Shown here: positions 20,060 through 31,500 of the stretch, piece by piece
Numbering within the stretch: position 1 is the first letter of the stretch
How the letters are laid out: every line of letters starts with the position of its first letter
Assembly: GCA_002104905.1 (NCBI GenBank)
Contig: MCFE01000821.1
Location: 1 to 33,355, forward strand
Origin: Basidiobolus meristosporus CBS 931.73
Taxonomy: Eukaryota > Fungi > Basidiobolomycota
DNA length: 33,355 bases
Reading direction: 5' to 3'
Notes under the pieces: generated by a model
The model's input: the letters and a program-made list of their open reading frames with translations, nothing else
The model's database searches: none
Told to the model about the DNA's origin: nothing
Translations under genes and position numbers: made by a program

Positions 20060-20947
20060 CAGATTTAGACAAATGGGAGCCAGTGAATGAATAGTGGCAT
20101 AAGGCCACAGGGTTCCTGCTTATATTTGCAGAGAAAGGTAATTTGTCTACCACAGCCTCCACATCCTTCATAATTGGAGGAGTGGAGATCCCTCTGACAC
20201 ACAAAGTATCATTGTTAAGAACTCATAAGGTTGTCAGAATGCCTTCAGTACAGTTTTGTAACATTGATAGAAACACCAAGAGTGTGCAGCACATTGTGAA
20301 GAGCAGTGCTAAAAAAATGTACCTGAATATTGCAAGAATTTATTGCAAAGACTGGCAGATGTGGTGCTAGACCTTGCAGTGCCATCTGAGGACCAGGACA
20401 CATGGAAAACTGTAAATGAACAGTGCCATAGAGCCACAAGGTTCCTGCCTAAGTGATGTAAAAAGGGAATTATAGCACAATTACTTATTAAATGGTGAAT
20501 ATTGATGGTGTTACTTGTTGAGTGTGCAGTTGGGCTTAATGTTAGTGTTGGGTGTTGGAGCTTGTATGGGTCAATATGGCTGGCAATTAAGGAAGAACTG
20601 AAATTTCAACAAAAACAAATTAATTTATACGCATGAAAAGTAAGAGATTTGGTTGAGTCAGGAAGTAAGGAGTGTAAAAAAAGGCAATAGCTAATCAAAG
20701 CAAAGAAAACATAAGAGGCCACTGAGTATTTGAGATCAGAAATTGAGAGTATTAGCGTAGGACCAATCAAAAGTCACTTATGTACTCTTGTGATGAAATT
20801 TTGATCAAGTTTTTTGTGAAATTTGGGGTGCAATTATTTCTCAACTGTCTTTGCATGGTGACCCAACAAGATCAATACCTATTGGCCATAGGACTTCAAT
20901 ATTGTGATGGTCTTTTTACATGATCATCACCATTATTTTTCATGGGG
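20060..20947 (-). mobile_element. CACTA-like element, left end with 3' part of the accessory ORF (copy D)
   Basis: Reverse terminus CCCCATGAAAAATAATGGTGA at 20947 aligns to 6789 onward. The accessory domain reads on + at about 20070-20455, ending RATRFLPK*. Confidence 0.8.
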
Positions 20948-21547
20948 GGTAGCATATACTTTGTGCAAGCAAGTTATTGGTTGCTGCCACTTTTGCCATG
21001 AACACCTCCTGAATATCTGCAAAGAACCTTTGGGTATTTAGCCAATATATCCCATCTCCTTGCTGGGTCCCAGCCATCCCTATAAGTGCACTTGGGCTCT
21101 TATTTGTGTAGATTCAGCACTGAATGATGTAGATATTGGCTTGTGCCAAAGAGATACCTGCAGACTTTGGTAAAGCTGTCCTAGTAAGATTAGTGGCTTG
21201 TTTTGGCCAACTCAACCATGTAATTCTTGACTGAGTACCCATGCATTGGGGCAACTTAACTTCTTGATGCAGAGGACATAAGTGTTTCCATGTTCACATT
21301 AGTCCTCAGTATTTTCCCACTCTTCCTGGCTGTCTTCCTTATGCCAGCTCATCACATCAATGATGGACTTGAAGGTAATATTCTTAATGAGATTGGGACA
21401 TGGTAGTACTAGCAACTGACTTGCTTTCCTACACACCTACTCAACAGGAAACTTCCAATAGATTAAAAAAGGCTCCGTACTCTCACACACCAAGCAAGAT
21501 GGAGTAAAGAATTGAAACAGTAGTGGCAGAGATCTACATGCTCAGCT
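20948..21547 (-). mobile_element. CACTA transposase internal fragment (copy E)
   Basis: Collinear with about 10190-10790, including CAAGCAAGATGGAGTA (reverse: LLHLL). Confidence 0.8.
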
Positions 21548-22014
21548 AAATGGTTAATTATATAGGTATTATATGTCATTCTGATCCTCAGAATATGGTC
21601 AAGCAAATCAATGTGTTTGTCTGTATTTTGAACTCTAATCTGGGGTGACAGGCAGCTCTAAAGTGCTTGCGCATCAATTTCATTTTGAGTGGCTGTAGAC
21701 TTGTGTAAATTTGCTATAGGAATGCAGGTACTTCATTGACTGAAACAGTCTGATCCATGTCCAGGCGCGTGGATCTTCAGCATAGCTCCTTCATGTGGTG
21801 ATGACAAGGATCATAGCATCAACACATGCATCATGTAGCATTCTCCTTATTGATCAGCATTGCTAGCAAGGATTACTCATTTTCTCATAGATTCATCCTC
21901 CTGCACATTTCATAATTTGAAATATGTCCTACATGACCTTCTTGACATATGACCTTGTTCTTCTGTTAGTGTCTTTTTCAAAGACAAAGGCCACTCTTTC
22001 CAAACAAGATAATT

Positions 22015-22098
22015 TGCTCTACAATAAGCCAGACTAGTGTGGAGCTTTGAAGTTAGTTTTTAGCTGCTGAAAGACACCAAATAGTCTAGTATTTTGAC
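22015..22098 (-). repeat. Short relic of an LTR related to Copia-2
   Basis: TTTTTAGCTGCTGAAAGACACCAAATAGTCTAGTATTTTGACA versus TTTTTAGCTGCTGAATGATACCAAATAGTCCAATATTTCAACA at 28496-28538. Confidence 0.65.
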
Positions 22099-22429
22099 AA
22101 ATCATACTGATTTCAAGATATTTTGGGGTAATACTGATTTGGGCGGACCCAACCAGCCAGTACATGCAAACACCATATGTAAGCATATTTTAGTAAGGTT
22201 GCCCTTATAGAAATTAGTTGCTTGTTGCATCCAATCCACCCTTGCCTTACCTAGCTGCCCCTATTAGAAACAATTGTGAAGATCTTTTCAAAAGGCAATT
22301 GCAGAAGTTGAATCTTGTGACTAGATGTGATTGATGCTGTGAGGACTAATGCTAAGATTGTCAACAAAAATTGCTCCATCAATTCCACAAAAGCTGGGTC
22401 AAAACTCTCTAACAGTAAGTATCATCTTG

Positions 22430-23060
22430 CCACAGAGAGAATATACTGAGGTCTGCATCTACAATCAGCTTCAGTGGCACTGTTGGTCAGCCTTTTTCCA
22501 AATGATCCACTGAACAGCTCAGTAATTCCATCAGTTCTGGGGTGATATGTCAAAGTTTTCATGTATTTAATCTGCTGTGTTTTTAAGTAAACTTCCCACA
22601 TTTTTCCAACAAGGGTTGCTCCTCTACCAGATACACTCCTCACCAGACATCTAAACATTACAAGGATCTCATGGTAGAAGAAACTTGTGACTACTTACTC
22701 AGTGGCTACTAGTACAGCTTTTGCCACCAACCATTTGATGGCATCATCAGTCCATCAATTGAGTTTTCTGGTAGTAGGAAGTCTTCCTATATAGTTACTC
22801 ATCTCCCAAATGGCCTTACAGGCTTTAAGGGAAGGAGTCCAGCAATTATATGTAGTAGATCTTGGTTGATTTGGCATCTGGGGCATGTTTTCAATAGCTT
22901 CTCAATATCTTGTTTCAATCAGGGCCAACATGATCTGGCTCTCACAGGGCTATAGGTTTTTTCAACTCTATGATGTCCATATTCATTGTGTAGCTGATGT
23001 ATTAAGTCCAGGCAAGCAAGATATGGGCAATTGGCAATATTGTTACAAGTCTTGGTATAA
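22430..23060 (-). pseudogene. Ty3/Gypsy integrase relic
   Basis: PYLACLDLIHQLHNEYGHH..KTYSPVRARSCWP*LKQDIEKLLKTCPRCQ (HHCC finger); YIGRLPTT; KWLVAKAV..AT; FYHEILVMF..VSGRGAT; YHPRTDGITELFSG. Confidence 0.9.
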
Positions 23061-24169
23061 GAGTTGTAGAGGAATAGGGAGTTTAGCTAGTATTGTATTC
23101 ACTAAAACTTGAACTGATTTTTATTGAGGTTCCAGCAGCTCCTTATATACATTTTGCCAGATCAATTGCTGACTAATTGTATTTCCTAATGTAGGTTGTG
23201 GCTGATGACTCATTTGATTGCATCATCATCACCCAATAAGATCCTACTTAATACATCTATTTCTGTCTGATAAGGATCTGCTGATTCATTTGCTGACTAA
23301 TGCTACTGATTTCATAGATAATACTGATATACTGATAACCTAAACATATACTAATTGATTTGACTAAAAACTGATCTAACTTAAACATTCAAGCGGCAGA
23401 TCATAACAATATAGCCATTGTCAAAAATCTGGCAGTGTGTCTCATCCTTTACCACAAATTTGCTAGTTTCAGCCTTGATTATCTTCTTGATATCTTTTCT
23501 AAAAGTACTCTGTTAATAAGTTGGGCTAATCTAATGTGTGCATGAAGTTGGGTTGGGCAACTTGCTCTAGTCTCAATGAGGCATTAGCAATTTTATGTTC
23601 ATCCTAAGGCAGAAGCTCATCTCCATGTTAAATTGCTATATAAATTCACTCCATCTTGTCATTATTATGGATGGTACCTTCTGAGTAAATATATACTTCA
23701 TGGAGGCATGGCCAGTCTGGGAGGGATTAATCAAAAAGTATTCATCCAATCAGGACACTGTGCAAACACTGTTGTGAAATAACAGAACCCCAGATTTCAC
23801 AAAAAACTTAGTCAAAATTTTTCATTAAAAAAATACATAAATAGCTTGTGATTGTTTCTCTGCCAGCTCTATGACTTTGGGATACAAACACTCAATCACC
23901 TCCAACATTTGTGTACATTGATTGGCTAATTCCTCTTTTTCACACTCCTTACTTCCTCACTCAACCAATTCTCTTACATTTTATGCTTACAAATTGATTT
24001 GTATCCATTCTCACTTTGGCTGTACCCCAATTGGCAACTATACTGACCAACAATAGTACCTATGCCCAGCACTAACATTAAACCCAGTGCCACACTCAAA
24101 AAGTAACTACATTAATATACACCACTCAATATGTATTTCTGCTATAACAATCTGCTTCCATGACTTCAG

Positions 24170-25010
24170 CAGGAACCATGTGTCTCTGTGTCACTGTGCA
24201 TTTATAGGTTCCCATGTGTCCTGGTCTTCAGCCAGCACTGAAAGGTCTAGCACCACATATATCAGTCTTTGCAATGAATCCTTGCAAAATCCACCACTCA
24301 GTATATATTTCTGCTGTAATGCTCTGGTTGCTCAACTTTAGGGGGGGATCCAACAGCTTTATGCCACTGTTCATTTGCTAGTTCCCACACATCCTAGTCT
24401 TCAGCTGGCACTGCAAGGACTAGCACCTCATCTGCCAGTCTTTGCAATAAATCCTTGCAATATTCAAGTGCATTTTCTTTAGAACTGCTCTGCAAGAAGT
24501 GCTGCATCCTCTTGGTGTTTCTATCAATATTACATAACTGAACTGAAGGCATTATGATAGCCTTTTGGGTTCTTGACACTATTCCTTTGTCTATCTGTGG
24601 GATATCCATTCCATCAACAACGGAGGTTGTGAAGGCTGTGGTAGACAAATTGCCTTTCTCTGCAAACTTTAGCAGTAACCCTGTGTCTTTATGCTACTAT
24701 TCATTCACTGGCTCCCATCAGTCCTGATGCTCAGCCGGCACTGAAGGGTCAACCATCTTGTCTGTCAGTTCTTGAAATACATCCTTGCAATATTCAGGTG
24801 CATTTTCTTGCGCACTGCTCCAAGAGCAGTGCTGCAACCTCTTGGTTTGCCTATTGATGTTCCAAAATTCCACTGTAGTCATTTTGATAGTATTTTGGGC
24901 TCTTGACCTTATTACTATATCTGTCAGTGGGATCTCCACTCTGCTTAAAATGGAGGACAAGGAGGCAGTGGTAGGCAGTAGTAAGTAAATTGCTTTTCTC
25001 TGCAAACTTG
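24170..25010 (-). repeat. Tandem amplification (about 2.5 units of about 330 bp) of the accessory-ORF C-terminal domain
   Basis: Block GCACTG(A/C)AAGG.C.A.CA.C....T.TG.CAGT...TTG.AAT..ATCCTTGCAA recurs at about 24235, 24410 and 24735. ORFs 24394-24648 and 24718-25005 are paralogous. Confidence 0.8.
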
Positions 25011-25611
25011 TCTACCTCACTGGAGTGTAGCTGAGCTGGCTGAACTTTCAGCTCTTAGGGAGACATTGTCTGTCTCATTGCTAACTCTACTTGGCTATTA
25101 TGGGATTCATTCTGTTCTGCGCTAATGGTATTAACTGGTAAGAGCTGCAGCCTTGAGATAGACTTTTACTCTTTACCTTTACCTTCAGTGCTGCTTAGTC
25201 TTGCACTGCCACTCAGATTGAGTGCTTCTTTTATTATACTCTGTTTTTTCCTTGATGAATGCTGCACTAGCACATCTGTTTTTGCCAGTTTGTCCCTTGC
25301 TAGCACTCATCAAGCAACTTGACATTCAGTTGCTGCTTGTTTAGAACTTCTACCCCTGCTTTTACCATGCTCCTGAAAAGGCTATAGGTCTTTATCACTC
25401 TTATGTCCCTCACTGCTAATGTGACTGAGTGCTCCTTATATTAAAGTATGCTTTCTCCTTGTTAAATGCTGCACTAATGCATTGATATCTGCCTGCCTGC
25501 CCCTTTCTAGCACTCTTCTGGCTACCTGACATCTCTTTTCTGCTTGTTTGGAGCTTTCAGCACTGCCTATGACAAGCTCTTGAGGAAGCTGCTGGTTTTG
25601 AACCATGGCAC

Positions 25612-26333
25612 TATTGAAATATTTAGAAGTCCACCTAATTATTAGTTAATTATGAGTTAGCACCTATTGAAAAGATATATTTCAAAATATTTGCCTAAAA
25701 ACTTCTTTGTAGGATATTGCTAATTATTAGAAGTTAATGAAGTACCAAATTTTAGGAAAATATGAAATTTGTCCAGATGAGCTGAAATTTGACACACATA
25801 CTACTGAGACTCCCCCAGTGATGAGCATGTTGAAATATTGGACTATTTGGTATCATTCAGCAGCTAAAAATATACTTAACAATTCTAGGCTAGTCTTAGT
25901 CACTGTAGGACTCATTTACTGCCTTAACTTTGCCACTTTCTCCAGATATATGATCTTATGATTATTCCCCTATAGTCAGGATCAAATTAGCACTATTACC
26001 AAACATTATGTACTAACCCTGAAACTGTTACAGAATGCTCCTGAATATTGAGAAACCCTCACTACTTAGTGTTGCAGCTGTATTACTTCTACAAAGGTAT
26101 AAATACTGAGCTTCTTTATGAATAAACAACAGTTCAGCTATTACCACTATTTCTTGATAAGTTCCTTATATCCAAATCACTTCTTAAATTGCAACAGAGC
26201 AAACAGTTACATGTACTTTGTTTTGTGGTAAGTATAAGTGCTATGTTGCAACTCAATAAATCACCAAGTGAATATCATGTAATTCTTCTAATTCTCCAAT
26301 TCACTTCCTATAAATCTCTCTGATACTTCAACA
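25612..26333 (+). repeat. Solo LTR, family B (348 bp after removing the nested insertion)
   Basis: TATTGAAAT (TG mutated to TA)...CTTCAACA with perfect TSD GGCAC (25607-25611 and 26334-26338). Aligns to the reverse of 19249-19597. Confidence 0.9.
25828..26196 (+). repeat. Solo LTR of the Copia-2 family (369 bp) nested in the family B LTR
   Basis: 4 differences from the Copia-2 5' LTR. Perfect TSD GAGCA (25823-25827 and 26197-26201). Confidence 0.97.
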
Positions 26334-27759
26334 GGCACTGTGTTTTCTCTGCCTTTGATGGCTTCTGCTGTTCTTGAGCTTCTTTTTTTGCATTCCAATG
26401 CTGGCACAAAATCTGTTTGCTTGCTCTTATCTAGGATAATGCTCATGATGCAGGTCAGTGCAATTTGCTTGGCCTTGAGCTCCTAATGGTCCCATGGTAT
26501 GCCAGTTTTAAGGTGATGGTGTGCTAGACCTCTGACAGCCACTTAAATATTTGCCCACTATTCTTTATTGCACTCAACAGCTTCACAGATATTCAATGCC
26601 TTTTGATCTTTAGGCTCTGGTATAAACATCACATTGTCTCCCTCCCATGCTGTAACAGGTTTTTCTGCATGCTTAAGCTTTTGGCACTGTTGTTGTTCTT
26701 CAAAGACGTTACAGTGTTCCTCAGCTGTCACTTTGGGAAATAGCAGAATTCTTGGTTGTGTCATTGAGCTACTTGAGTACTTTCTTTGCAGCTAATATTT
26801 TGTGTTCTCTACCTGGAATAATGATTGCTCTACACATATTTTCTACATTTCTGGTTTCTGGACTATTTGCTGATTTTTCTGGCCCATTACCTCTATCCTA
26901 TTAGCCACTGCACCTAATTGCCCTATTAGTGCTCTGGATTGAGCTGAAAACATACCTGCTAAAACAGGTGGTGGTGATTTTATGATGACCACTTACTGGT
27001 CTTCAACCAAAGGTGCTGAGCTTGCTACATTCTCATCTGCCTCAGCATTATGATCACCTTGCAGCTCTATAGAAACTCTCATTGGTCTACTTGACTGAGG
27101 TCCTGATTAATCTCCATTATTACATTGTGTGGGCACACTCTCAACATTGCCATTTTTGGATGTAGCTGTGCTTGTTGAGCTAAATGTCAAAGCATGATGT
27201 TGTCTAACTGTTCTTCTGCTACTGTTAGCAATAGTGTTTGGTTGGGAACCAGACAACTTTGCTTTATTTGTTGGCAGCATATATGTGGTAGTGGGTCAAG
27301 CCAATTGGGACATAGTGTTACATATACATGTGTATATGATGCCATTACTGTATTCAAAGTGCTTACTATGGCAGGTTATCATTTAATTCTACATTCATGT
27401 TGTTGCAATATCTTAGATGCAAGACTGTCTTGAATTTACAAGAGTATTGACAAAATAATGGCAAAATAGTGTAATATTGCTGAGTATCAAGCTGTTTGCC
27501 CTATGGAGAAGACTACTTGATGTAGCACCATAAGAGAAGACTCAGTAACCAGAAAGATCACTGTCAATGTCCCTATTGGGACTCATTCAGTGAATCCAAG
27601 CAGCCCTGACAACAGACAACACAAAGTTAATGCCTTTGCTATCAAAGACACCTTCCTGAAGAACCTGCCAAACCCATCCTTAGAAGACTACAATTTGAAG
27701 AGCCTGAGGTTATCATTCACAAGAGGCATGGTATACTGCCCACCCAAGATCCATTGCCT

Positions 27760-28164
27760 CACTGTCAGATGACCTCAAAGATAGCAAGCTACTCAAGCCC
27801 TCAACTGCTTACTGAGAAGCTGCTGAAGCAGAACCTCACTTTGTTAGTTGGAGAAATCATGAGTGAATCCCATCTGTTAGGAAGACCTTTGATGAGCAGC
27901 TTAGAGCAAGACAGCAAGCCATTGAACAAATGGACATTCATATGACTCAGACAAACTATGAAGACCATCAAAAGGATGACAAAACTACTGAATATTAGAC
28001 CTTTTACTCAGTTGCAACTGCTGTGGTGAAAGGATATTTATATGATGACCTGTTGACTGCCATGCTGACAGTGGTTCTGAGATTTGTGTTATGCTGCTAT
28101 GGTGGTGTATAGGTCCAAGGGAGAGATATGTCCATCACTTCTCAAGTGGTTTGTGTGTAGGGTG
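27760..28164 (+). pseudogene. Ty3/Gypsy gag-protease relic (target of the Copia-2 insertion)
   Basis: EKLLKQNLTLLVGEIMSES resembles the pre-protease segment of fungal Gypsy polyproteins. VATAVVKGYLYDDLLTAM(L)DSGSEICVM (one frameshift, about 28015-28095) is a retropepsin DSG motif. Confidence 0.6.
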
Positions 28165-28169
28165 TTCAC

Positions 28170-28538
28170 TGTTGCAATTTAAGAAGTGATTTGGATATAA
28201 GGAACTTATCAAGAAATAGTGATAATAGTTGAACTGTTGTTTATTCATAAAGAAGCTCAGTATTTATACCTTTGTAGAAGTAATACAGCTGCAACACTAA
28301 GTAGTGAGGGTTTCTCAATATTCAGGAGCATTCTGTAACAGTTTCAGGGTTAGTACATAATGTTTGGTAATAGTGCTAATTTGATCCTGACTATAGGGGA
28401 ATAATCATAAGATTATATATCTGGAGAAAGTGGCAAAATTAAGGCAGTAAATGAGTCCTACAGTGACTAAGACTAGCCTAGAATTGTTAAGTAAATTTTT
28501 AGCTGCTGAATGATACCAAATAGTCCAATATTTCAACA
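28170..28538 (-). repeat. 3' LTR of Copia-2
   Basis: TGTTGAAAT...TTGCAACA on the - strand, preceded by the PPT. Confidence 0.98.
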
Positions 28539-31500
28539 CCCCCCCTCAACTAAATAATTTCTTAATCCTAATTTCTCTCTAAGGATCTCAAACTGTGACC
28601 TAGCTAGTGGTTTTGTCAATATGTCTGCCACCATTTTGTCAGTTGGGCAGTAAACCAGCTCCACTAAGCTATTTTCTACAGCTTCCCTCACAAAATGATG
28701 CTGTATATCAATATGCTTAGTTCTGGCATGATTAGTAAGATTTCTAGCTAATGAAATACAACTTTGATTATCCTTGTAAATACATGTTGGTTCACCTGAA
28801 TTAAAACCTAAGTCTTTGAATAATTTTTGTAGCCATATAGCCTCCTTAGTTGCTTGACATGCAGCCATATATTTGGCTTCAGTTGTAGATAGTGCCACAG
28901 TTGGTTGTTTCTTGCAATTCCAAGTAATAGCTGCACCAGCATAAAGAAATACATAGCCTGTGGTAGAGCGTCTGTCAATCAGATCCCTACCCCAATCTGA
29001 ATCACTATAACCATCAAATTTTTGCCTATTAGTTGCTCCAGAGTATTCCAGTACCATATTTATGGTACCTTGTAAATATCTGAAAATACGCTTAACTGCT
29101 GCAATTTGATCTGATCCATAATTCTGCATGAATTGACTGACTATTCCAACTGCTACTGCAATATCTGGACGTGTAGACACCATCAAGTACATTAGGCTAC
29201 CAACCATTGATTGATAGGGAAAGTTTTGGTCCATATTTGAGCCGTTTTCATCTATAACTGGCTGAGATTTGCTTAATTTCAGGTTATTGTCCATTGGGGT
29301 TGCTGCAGGCTTGCAATTTTCCATCTTGAAGCATCTAAGAATGTCCCTGATGTACTTAGACTGATTCAGCACAATTTTCTGGGCAGGTATGTTAAATTTG
29401 ACCTCAATTCCAAGAAAATAGCTCAATTTTCCAAGATCTTTCATCTCAAACTTGCTGAGGAGATCTGATTTCGTCTGTTTAAGTGCCTCTTGATCACTTG
29501 TAGCTATAATTTGGTTGTCCACATAAAGAACTAGGATGATCACACCCTTTTTGAGCTGTTTCACATATATACTGTGTTCTGCAGTGCTACAAGAGAACCC
29601 AATTTCCTCTAGATATGTGTCAATCTTGTTATACCATGCTCTGGGTGCCTGCTTAAGCCCATACAACAATTTTCTAAGTTTGCACACCTTATGGGGGCTT
29701 TTTGGATCAGTAAAACCTTCTGGTTGCTCCATATATATAGTTTCTTGCAAATCCCCATTTAGAAAGGCTGTTTTGACGTCCATTTGGTGTAGATCTAGAC
29801 TGTGTACAGCTGCCAGGGCTAGAACTGTCCTAATAGAGTTAAGCTTGGCAACCGGAGCAAATGTTTCCTTAAAGTCTAGTCCCTGGATCTGGGAATAGCC
29901 TTTAGCTACCAATCTAGCCTTGTACTTATCAACGGCACCGTTTGAGGTTATCTTGATCTTGTAGACCCATCTACATCCTATTGGCTTTCTCCCATTTGGT
30001 AAATCTACCAGTTCCCACGTTTTTGCCTTGATCAGTGATTGGTACTCCTCCCGCATGGCTTGTTGCCACTTAGTAGCGTCTGGACCTTGCATTGCCTGTT
30101 CCAGATTCTGAGGTTTGGCACATAAGGTAAGATAAGCTTCTTCATGATCATTGGATGTCTGCCACCAGGATCCAGGGGCATTTCTTATTCTGGTAGATCT
30201 CCTAACTGGGATAATCTGTTCTGATCTGGAACTGGTAGAAGTATCTTCCATCTCTGGCTGGATTTGGTACGTATCTTCTTCATTTGTGTTGATTGCATCG
30301 TCAGGCAGCTGGCCAATGATTTCTGTGGCTTTCTGATCTGAATTCTCCTCAAATACAACGTCCCTGCTCTTGATCAGCTTCTGAATTTTGCCATCATACA
30401 CTCTATACCCTTTAGTATCTTCACAATACCCAAGAAAGATCCCTTTTCTACTCTTTGGTTCCAACTTTGAGCATTTTTTGTCAGGGATGTGATAAAAAAC
30501 ATTACTGCCAAAGATCCTGAGGTGCTGGAGATCTGGTTTTTTGTCTGTATATGCTTCAAAGGGTGTAGCATCACGTAGTGCTGTTGTTGGGCATCTGTTC
30601 TTGATGTATACAGCGGTAGCAACAGATTCAGCCCAAAACTTGTAGTCCATTCCCTTATCATGTAGCATAGATCTTCCCATCTCTACTATTGTTCTATTTG
30701 CACATTCTGCTACTCCATTTTGCTGTGGAGTATGAGGATCTGTGGTCTGTTGAAGTATACCAGTAGACAAGCAGTATTTTGCAAACTTCTTTGAGCAGTA
30801 TTCTCCTCCATTGTCACTTCGTAGTACCTTCAATTTACACCCAGTTTGTGTTTCTGCTATGTTCTTGAAGTGCTTAAACGTCTCTAAAGCTTCATCCTTT
30901 GTTTTGAGGAAGTACACCCATGTATATCTTGTCTTGTCATCAATAAACGTCATAAAGTATCTCTTGGCTCCAAAGGACAGTGTTCTCATGGGGCCACATA
31001 TGTCTGAGTGTACAATAGGCAATATTTCGGTAGTATTAATGCCTTCTGAGTTCTTGAAACGTTGCCTAGCTTGTTTGCCATATGAACATCCCTTACAAAC
31101 ATTCAATTTGATTGGAATTGAGTATTTTAGGCCCAAAACAAGCTGATTTTTCACCAATTGGCTCATTTTCTGTTCCCCTATGTGTCCTAGCCTCCTATGC
31201 CACGTCTCCCAGTTGGTTTCATCAGTTTCAGCAATGTTGACATACTCAGGTACAATGATCTTGCATTGTAATTTGTATATATTGTGATCTCTGATTTCCA
31301 AACCTAATTTTTGTCCATTTTCACTCAGTATTGAGCAGCTCAGCTTAGTAAAAACAAATTTCAGTCCCTGAGTAGTTGCTCTACTGACTGAGAGTAGGTT
31401 CTTAGCTATTCCAGGTACATAGAGTACGTCAGTCAGTTTTGCTGTTGTTGCCCCTGAGTTATCACTCATATTTAGTTGTATAGACCCACTGGCAGTAGCT

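Larger units (their letters stand above)
23733..27540 (+). mobile_element. CACTA-like element, left region with a long accessory ORF (copy H), interrupted by nested solo LTRs
   Basis: Left-subterminal CCCCAGATTTCAC block at about 23787. Segment 27155-27540 is collinear with 8275-8670. No terminal CACTA motif found. Ends before the transposase. Confidence 0.75.

Noticed and set aside
21548-22014. Coding or LTR assignment for this gap (also 22100-22430, 23060-23730, 16580-17320 and 32861-33355)
   Set aside because: I found no motif, terminal repeat pair or second copy in the window that I could support.
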